64,000 nt of DNA from the human T2T-CHM13v2.0 reference genome, Homo sapiens: assembly GCF_009914755.1 (NCBI RefSeq), contig NC_060935.1, one strand, 5' to 3'. The translations under genes and the position numbers were made by a program. The notes beneath the pieces are model-generated. The model was not told the DNA's origin. It worked only from the letters and a program-made list of their open reading frames with translations, and searched no databases. Of the stretch, positions 55,647-64,000 are shown piece by piece (position 1 is the stretch's first letter; each line of letters opens with the position of its first letter).

Positions 55647-56176
55647 GTGGAAATTGAATCAGTAATAAAAAAATCTTTCATCAAAAAAATTTTAGGACCT
55701 GATGGCATTACTGCTGAATTCCACCAAATGTTTACAAAAAGCACTTACACCAATCCTTCTCCAACTCTTTAAAAAGAATCAAATAGGAGGAAGGATTTCC
55801 CAAACTCTTTATATAAGGCCAGCATTACTCTAACACCAAAGCTATAAAAGGACACTACAACAAGAGAAAATTCCAGGCCACTATCCTTGATAAACATACA
55901 TGCAAACTTCCTCAGCAAAATACTAGCAAACTCAATTAAACAATGCCTTAATAGGATCATCCACCATGATGGAGTGAGATTTATCTTTGAGATGTAAGAA
56001 TAATTTAACATACATAGATCAATAAATGTGACATACTACATTAACAGAATGAAGAATAAAAATATGATCATCAGATGCAGAAAAAGCATTTGACAATATT
56101 CAACACCCTTTCATAATAAAAATTCTCATCAAATTAGGTATAGAAGGAACATAGCTCAATACAATAAAGGCCCTAC

Positions 56177-57788
56177 TGATGGCAGCAGCGGCCTGTCTGA
56201 AGCAGCTGCTGCAAAGATGCCAGAAGCAGCAGGGGAGGCATGGCAGAAGGCTGCAGGCTCTAAGGAGCCAGCAGGAGCCAGGAACAGGCAGGAGCCCCAC
56301 CCACTTCCAAGCTGACCAGGTGGAAGCCCTACCCTCCCAGTCACAGTTGCAGCCACCTAACTGCAGCTGCAGACCTGGGCATCCCTGCACTCTTGGGGGC
56401 CCAGGAAGCCCCCTGCCCTGCAGGCTTGGAAGTGCATGCTCCTGCTGCCTGGCCTCTCCCTGCTCACAGGCAGAGCAAAGCTGTGGCTGAGCCTGGGTGC
56501 TGTTGCAACCTGGCCAGTTGTTCACACAATTGGGGCAGTGCTGACATGCCAGCCTCCTGTCACCTCGGCCTCCTCTGAACTTTGGGCACCAATGAGCATG
56601 GGAGGGGGACTGAGGTAGGCCTGAGGGCAGCTTGGCGCAGGCCTGCAGGCCCCTTTGGCACAAACAGCCTGGGTGCCATGGACATTATTGATGGCAACAG
56701 GAGGCAGACAGGCTCCTGGGTGGAAAGGGGCACATTCCTGGTGAAGCCCCACCTTCAAGCCAGTGACAGCCTGAAGCATGGGGGCTGGGCTGTCAGTTTC
56801 AGGTGGAGTCCACAGACCACAGTGAGAACTTGTGGTACTTTTTCTGGGCCCACTCATGGCCACGGACTTATCAGCATGCACTTCCTCCCTCTGAGGCCAT
56901 AAAATCCCCAGACTCAACCAGACTCATTGGGACAATCTGTCTGCGGATAGGAGCTACTCACTCTGGGTCTCCTCTCTGCTAAGGGCTGCATAGACATCAG
57001 TATGACCTGCCTGTAGATAGGGGCTACCCACTCCAGGTCTCCTCTGCTGACGACTACACACACATTGGAATGACCTGTCTGTGGATAGGAGCTACCCACT
57101 CTGGGTCTCCTGAGAGGTGTTCTGTTGCTCAATAAAGCTCCTCTCTACCTTGCTCACCCTCAAATTGTCCACATACTTCATTCTTCCTGGACTCAGGACA
57201 AGAACTTGGGACCCCCCAAATGGCGGGACTAAAAGAGCTGTAACACAAACGGTGCTGCTGAAACATGCCCCACCCAAGCTCACCACATTGCAGGCAATGA
57301 GGAGAAAAGAGCTGCAGCCCTTCAGGGAACCTGGATTTAGGGGCTCCAGAGTCAGGGCTGTGACGCTCTCTTTGGGGCTCTGCAGCTCCTGGCATCTCCA
57401 AGCTTCTGGGTGCCACTGTGTACCCCTTGTCTGGATGCAGGTGCCTGCAGCAGAAGCTGTATGCAGTACATCTGGTCCAGACACAGCCTCACATGGAGTC
57501 GGCACCTGTGCTAGTGCCTGGAGCTGCCTGCCCTGCCACAGCAATCAGCGTGCCTGGCTGTGCACAGTGGCTGGACCCCATGCTCACTCACCCACACACC
57601 CCTCGCCACTCTGCACCTGGCTTGCCCTTGACAGGTGTGGCATCCAGCCTGGTAGCATGAGCTGAGCACAGCCAGCCAGGCGAGTGGGCAGAATGAGCCC
57701 AGCAGACATGAGCAATACTCATGCGGAAGGTGCTGCCAGTCACAGAGGTTTCTGGCTGGCAAAACAACATCCCAAGGATCCTGTGACA
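56177..57788 (+). mobile_element. MER52 (MER52A-like) ERV1 LTR
   Basis: tgatggcagcagcggcctgtctgaagcagc...cccaaggatcctgtgaca; GC-rich; internal repeats at 56930-57115; TSD ctac/atac. Confidence 0.85.
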
Positions 57789-58209
57789 ATACATATACAA
57801 CAAACCCACAAATAACATTATACTAAATAATGAAACATTGTAAGCCTTTCCTCTAAGATGTGGAACAAGATAAGAATGCCCTCTCTTACCCTTACTATTC
57901 AACATAGTATTGGAAGCCCTTGGTAGGGCAATGAGGCAAGTGAAAAAAGGGCATCCAAATAAGAAAAGAGTAAGTGAAATTGATACTGTTTGCTAATGAC
58001 ATGATCTTATATATAGAAAGCCCTAAATTACTCACCAAAAAAACCTGTTAGAACGAATAAATACAGTAAAGTAACAGGATACAAAATTAACATGAGAAAA
58101 AAAATTAATAGCATTTCTATACTCTAACAATGAACTATCCAAAAAAGAAATCAAGAACCAATAGCTACATGAAAATATAAACTACTTAGGAATAAATTTT
58201 ACCAAGGAG

Positions 58210-58480
58210 GTTACTATGGTTTGGTAGCTTGTCCCCCAAACCTTATGGTGAAATTTAATCCCAATGTTGTAGGTGAGGCCTAATAAAAGATGTTTGGCTC
58301 ATGATGGTGGATTCCTCATTATTAATTAATGTTTTGCCTCAGAGGTGAGTGAGTTCTCACTCTTTTAGCTGATTATTAAGAAGAGCCTGATGTCTCCCAC
58401 TTCTCTCTTGTTTCCTCTCATGTCATCTTATTTCTGCACATGCGGGCTCCCCTTTGCTTCCACCATGAGTAAAAGCAGCA
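58210..58480 (+). mobile_element. Truncated MST-type MaLR LTR
   Basis: tactatggtttgg...aatttaatcccaatgttgtaggtgaggcc...caccatgagtaaaagcagc, after which L1 resumes. Confidence 0.75.
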
Positions 58481-59606
58481 ATCCCAGTCAAAATTCCAAT
58501 GTCACTTTTCAGAGAAAAAAAATCCTAAAATTTATATAGAACCACATAAAATCTCAAATAGTCAAAGCAATCATGAGCAAAATAAAAAGCTAGAGGCATT
58601 CCACTGATTTCAAACTACACTACAAAGCTAAGTAGTTAAAACAGCATGGCACTGGCATAAAAATAGACACATTGATTAACAGAACAGATTGAGAGCCCGG
58701 AAATGAACCCATGCAGGTAGAGTCAATTGATTCTTGACAAAGGTAGCAAGAATACACAATGGGAAAAGGATAATCTCCTCAGTAAATGATGTTGGGATAA
58801 ATAATCTGCATGCAGAAGAGTGAAATTGGATATTTATCTCACACCATATACAAAAATCAACTCAAAATGAATGAGACTTAAATGTAATACCAGAAATTGG
58901 AGAAGAAAACATAGGGGGAAAGCTATACAACATTGGTCTGGACAATGGTATTTTAGATTTGACCTCAAAAATAGCACAGGCAACAAAAGTAAAAATAGAT
59001 AAGTGGGATAACATCAAACTAAAAAGCTCCCACAGAGCAAAGAAAACAATTAACAGTGTGAAAAGACAACATATGATTAGGAGAAAATGTTTGTAAGTTA
59101 CACATCTGATTGGGGCTAATATCTAAAATAAGAAGGATCTCAAATTTTAAAATGAGTGAAGTGCCTGAACAGACAGTTCTCATAAGCAGGCAAAGGAATG
59201 GCTGGTATACATATGAAAAATGTACAACATTGCTAATAGTGAGAGAGATGTACATTAAAACCATAATGAAATATCATCTCACACCCATAAGAATGTTTAG
59301 TATATAAAAAAACAAAAGATAACAAGTGTTGGTGAAAATGTGGGAGAAAAGGGAATTCTTGCATACTGTTGCTGGGAATGTAAATTAGTACAGCCATTAT
59401 GAAAAATTTTATGGAGGTTTCTCAAAAAACTAAGAATAGACTTACCGTATGATCTACTTCTGGGTATTTAGCCAATAGATTTGAAATCAGTTTGTTAAGA
59501 GATGACTGCACTCCCATGTTAATGGCAGCCCTCTTCACAGTAGCCAAGTTATGAAATCAACTGAAGTGTCTATCAACAGATGCATGGATAAAGAAAATTT
59601 TGTATA

Positions 59607-59946
59607 CACTCGTGTGCTGTGTAACAATATTTCAGTTAATGTGGAACGTGTATATAACAGTGGTCCTATAAGATTATAATGTTGAATTTTTACTGCACCT
59701 TTTCTGTATTTAGATATGGTTAGATAAATAAATATTTACCATTGTGTTATAATTGCCTACACTATTCAGTACAATAGCATGCTGGTACAGGTTTGTAGCC
59801 TAGGAGCAATACCATAGCCCTGTAGTAGGCTATACCATCTAGGTTTATGTAAATATACTCTATGATGTTCACACAACAACAAAATTGCCTAACAATGCAT
59901 TTCTTAGAATGTATCCTAAGACACATTGTTAGACAATGTGTGATTG
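59607..59946. mobile_element. Tigger3a-like DNA transposon (TcMar)
   Basis: TA target duplication; degenerate TIRs cactcgtgtgctgtgtaacaat / attgttagacaatgtgtgattg; gtttgtagcctaggagcaat core. Confidence 0.8.
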
Positions 59947-60459
59947 TATATACAAAATGAAATACTACTCAGCCTTTAAAAAGAAAGAAATTCTGTCATT
60001 TGTGACATATAGATGGAATTAGAGAACATTATGTTAAATGAAATAATCCATGTACAGAAAGGCAAATACTACAGGTTCTCACTTATATGTGGAATCTAAA
60101 ACAATCAAATTCCTAGAAGCAGTGAGTAGAATGGTGGTTACAGAGGCTGGGGAGGGGAGAATGAGGAGATGATGATCAAAGCATACAAGGTCTCAAGAGA
60201 AAAAAGAGGTTATTTTTGAGATCTATTGCACAGTGTGGTGAATACAGTTAAAATGGTATATTGTACATTTCACAGTTGCTAAGAGAGTACATTTCAAATG
60301 TTCTAATCACAAAAAATGATAAGTATTTGAGGTGATGGATATGCTAATTCACTCGATTTAATTATTCTATATTGTAATAAATTATAACATCAGTTTGTAC
60401 CCCAGGAATATATACAACTATGAAAGGTCATTTTACACCAACATTTTAAAAATTAAAAG

Positions 60460-61110
60460 GAAATATTTCAAATAAATATCCTAAGATTCCATCTTCAGAA
60501 ATTAGAAATAGAACAGCAAACTGAACACAGAGTGAGCAGAAGGAATAAACTAATAAACATTTTTATATAATGATTTTTAAAATCACAGCAAAAATTAATT
60601 AAATATAGAATAGAAAATAATAGAGAAAATGTAATCAAAAGTTGGTTCTTGGAAAACACTCACAAAATTGACCAACTATTAGCTACAATGATCAAGCCAA
60701 AAAGAAAAAAAGATTCAAATTACTAAAATCAGAAATGAAAGGGGCGGGGGACATTATAACCAACTTTACCAAAATGAAACGGATTATAAGGGATGCTATG
60801 GACAACTGCATGTCAACAAACTAGAGAACCTAGATAAAATGCAAATTTCCTAAAAGACACAAAACCAAACTGACTAAAAAGAAATAAAATCTCAATAGAC
60901 CTGTAACAACTGAAGTGGTAGAATTAATAATAAAAAATCCTCCCACAAACAAAAGCCCAGGGCTAGATGGCTTCACTAGTGAATTCTAACATACTTTTAA
61001 GATGAATTAACACCAATTTTTTATAAACTGTTCCAAAAAATTAAAGAGAGAACACTTCCCAATTCACTCTGTGAGGCTAATATTATCCTGATTCCAAAAC
61101 AGAAAAAAAC
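60460..61110 (+). mobile_element. Older L1M ORF2 fragment
   Basis: caaaagttggttcttggaaaa...aaagcccagggctagatggcttcactagtgaattcta. Confidence 0.8.
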
Positions 61111-62145
61111 CTATTTGAAATTTTGTGAATAAGAATGAAACAGGTAAAATTAGTTGTATAGGTAAAAGAGGTCAGATAAATGAGAATTTTTTGGACCATC
61201 TTATAGATTTTAGATCTTAGTCTAATGAAATGGACAGTTATGAAGCATTTTGAGCAAAGAGTGGTATTTTTAAAGATAAATATGTCTACTGGGTAGATAA
61301 TTTATTGCAAGTGGCAAGAGTATAAAGAGATTAGTGTAGGACACTATGGCAGTAGTCTAGGTGAGAGCTTCTGATAGTTTAGTGTTAGACTGGTGTCAAA
61401 GACTACACCCATATTTCTGGCATAAGCAACCAGTTTGGTAGAAGTTTATTGAGATAGGAAAAAATGGGAGGATGAGCAGGGACATGACAGCAATAGAAAG
61501 GGCAAGAGCAGTTTCCAGTTTCCCAAAGAGGATATAGTATTGTATATTTAAACAAGTATAATATATACTAAAATATTCAGTAATACCACTATAAGTTACT
61601 GAACCCAACTAAATACTTGATGTGCAAGAAGTCTCAGTTCAGTGGGGAGATGGACATGTTCCTTGGACATTAGGATCCCAGGTCCTAGTGTCAAATGATC
61701 AGAAGTAGCAAATTAAGAAGTGTAAGAAGGAATGGGAGCCATGATTTGAGGGTGCCTGTGAGATGAGCATTCCATGACAAGCCAGTAGTGAGTGCAAAAA
61801 GCACAGAAGCCTAAATCTTCATGATGTACAACATCATAGGTAAGAGCATACACTCTAGAACCAAACGCCTGGGATGTAATCCTGTTTCTCTGAGTAGCTA
61901 TAAGACATAGGTCAAGCTACATGACATATCTGCCTCAGCGTTATTCTATTAAATGAGGATTAGCCACAGCACCTATTTGATGGCATTGTTGTGAGGTTTA
62001 AATACACTGAGGAACATTTGAGCACTATACAAATATTAATTATGATGATACCCATGAAGGTGATGGTGATAAGAGTAGTAATAATGATGAAATTGATAAC
62101 ATGGGAGATGAGGGTGGAAGGGTAGAAAGGAAAAAAATATTGAAG

Positions 62146-62461
62146 GGATTGGGTGCAGTGGCTCATGCCTGTAGTCCTAGCACTTTGGGATTGAGCAGGA
62201 GGCAGGAGGATCCCTTGAACTCCAGAATTCAAGACTAGCTTGGGAAACATGATGAAACCCTGTCTCTATAAAACAATACAAAAATTAACTGGGTGTGATG
62301 GCACGTGCCTATAGTCCTAGTTACTCAGGAGGCTGAGGTGGGAGGATCACTTGAGTCCTGGCGGTCCAGGCTGCAGTAAGCCAAGATGATGCCACTGATG
62401 CATCTGGAGTGCAAGATGATGTACTCTCCAGCTTGGGAGACAGACCAAGACCCTGTCTCAA

Positions 62462-62516
<55 letters not shown>
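62146..62516 (+). mobile_element. AluJ with (CA)n tail
   Basis: Diverged Alu dimer followed by a (CA) array. Confidence 0.85.
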
Positions 62517-62518
<2 letters not shown>

Positions 62519-62844
62519 CTTCAGCATACAAGGCCCTTCTATATATAGAATGAATTGCAAGAAGACACAGCCTGCGAGATAGAGACCAATCAAAAGGCTT
62601 ATACAATTGTTCATAATTCACAAACTCACAGCAACACAAAACCACCTCTTGATTTCAAATGTTAAAGCTCTCCATCAAAATGGGTCAAGAGAGCAGGCAT
62701 TAGGCAGAGCTGACAGCTCAGAGGGAAATCGCTGCCACTCTGAACCACATCTACTCCTGTCTACCTGCAGGCCAGCAGGGACTTGAGCTTCAAAGGTGGC
62801 TGCTTGCCAAGATGAGTTTATTTGAAGCTATGGCTCTGCAGCCT

Positions 62845-63040
62845 CAATCATTAGCCCTCTCCCCCAGACCTGATCCCTTCTATTCACCTAAGCTTTCCCT
62901 CCACGCCCCAAGATAGGCCACTGGGAACCTCGGTAGACTGCTTCCTGAACAACAAAGTGCCTCATTAGCTACTTTTTAATGAGGTCACAGCCTGTGACTG
63001 CTCATTAATAGAGTGGTTAGTCAGCATCTCTAGGGGTAAA
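62845..63040. promoter_or_regulatory. Candidate olfactory-receptor enhancer or promoter (H/P-element or Greek-island-like)
   Basis: Four TAATGA/TCATTA sites (62848, 62962, 62977, 63002); ACTTTTTAATGA at 62971-62982; O/E-like tctctagggg at 63027-63036; non-repetitive DNA. Confidence 0.6.
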
Positions 63041-63616
63041 GGAGACTGAAGACAGAAGTCAGTGATAACAGAGCTCAGCCCAGGCGTAGCTGTGTTAGAG
63101 GGAGAAAGAACTTAGCAGAGACTCTTAGGCTTGTACTCTGATGTCTCCAGGGTCCCTTCCAGCTCTGAGACTATGATTCTGGAGAAGGACATCCAGAGGG
63201 ACCAGGTCTTTGGTGGGAAGAAGTGACAACAGAGTCAAGTGATCCAAGGTTCAGAACAGCTATTGATCTAAAGATATTCTTGAAGAAATCGAATGCTCTT
63301 TAAGTTCTCTTGGATGCTTTTGTAAATGGAATTTAGCTCTTGAAACTTTTTATAATCTTGCCTTCTATAACCACAGATTCTCTCGGTATTCCTCCATGTG
63401 TCCAAGTACAGATTCTTTGTGTTATTTTCCAAGTCTTTTAAAATTGTATTTGTCCTTGGAGTTAATTCATTGGCCCTCTTCTCTCCTCCCTGTATACTGT
63501 CCCCTAGACATCCTGTCCATTCACGGGGTTCCAACACATCACTCCTGCAGAGATGAAACTTCGGCATTGACTCATATCTTATATCTCCCACCAGGATTAA
63601 TATTGGAGCCTCCTAA

Positions 63617-64000
63617 TGTTACTGAGCAAGGGCTCACTGCCCAAAGAGCATAGAAGCCAGTACCATGTCACTAGCTTTTGAGAAAAACAGCTTTATTGCA
63701 AGTCAACTGGCAAGGAAACAGAAGGAAATGCTCAAATCTGTCTCCCTGAGCTGGGGACTGGGGCAGGTTTCATAGACAGAGTAATGAGGTGTGAATGAGG
63801 TAATGCTGGGAGGCGTGATCTGACTGGATTATGCCACGGGATGATGTCAGGGCTCAATCTGATTGGATCATGTGTTGTCTGCTTGTTAATTCCGTCCCTG
63901 TTTCTTGGACTAAGCCATTAGGTTCCACTCACGATTGTGTACTTCGTTCATCTGGGCATGCTCAAATTACCTAACTTGCAACCTAGGGTCTATGGCAACT
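63617..64000 (-). mobile_element. ERV1-class LTR (runs off the window end)
   Basis: tgttactgagcaagggctcactg...cagctttattgc (aataaa on minus strand)...gctcaaatctgtctccctgag, a MER4-group-like LTR 3' end. Confidence 0.6.

Larger units (their letters stand above)
55650..60455 (+). mobile_element. 5'-truncated L1MA-type LINE (ORF2 and 3' end) with nested MER52, MST and Tigger3 insertions
   Basis: aggacctgatggcattactgctgaattcc, agatgcagaaaaagcatttgac and aaaacagcatggcactggcataaaaatagacac ORF2 motifs; L1MA 3'UTR. Confidence 0.9.

Noticed and set aside
56100-57905. Dense overlapping ORFs of up to 187 aa
   Set aside because: These fall in the GC-rich MER52 LTR, where stop codons are scarce, and show no recognisable protein motifs.

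Overview
This is primate genomic DNA, almost certainly human, judging by the Alu, L1PA, LTR7 and LTR10 elements. It covers part of an olfactory receptor (OR) cluster, which I recognise from the protein sequences as 11p15.4. There are three intact single-exon OR coding regions: OR2AG2 (6442-7392, -), OR2AG1 (23448-24398, +) and OR6A2 (33147-34130, -). OR2AG2 and OR2AG1 are divergently transcribed paralogues. Their promoter/first-exon regions are still alignable, and their coding regions look like a gene-conversion mosaic. Most of the remainder is transposon-derived (L1, Alu, MIR, L2, MaLR/ERV LTRs, Tigger), and nearly all short ORFs in the track are repeat-derived noise. Main observations: (1) a candidate OR enhancer at ~62.85-63.04 kb with four TAATGA homeodomain sites, a 12/13 match to the H/P-element motif AACTTTTTAATGA and an O/E site; (2) a lone, circularly permuted 171-bp alpha-satellite monomer inside an old L1; (3) a perfect 65-bp inverted copy of flanking DNA at the 5' junction of an L1PA insertion; (4) further locally templated insertions (178 bp, ~95 bp, 13-bp fold-back); (5) a nested MSTA/LTR7/LTR10 stack upstream of OR6A2. 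Repeat subfamily names and the edges of old repeats are by-eye estimates.
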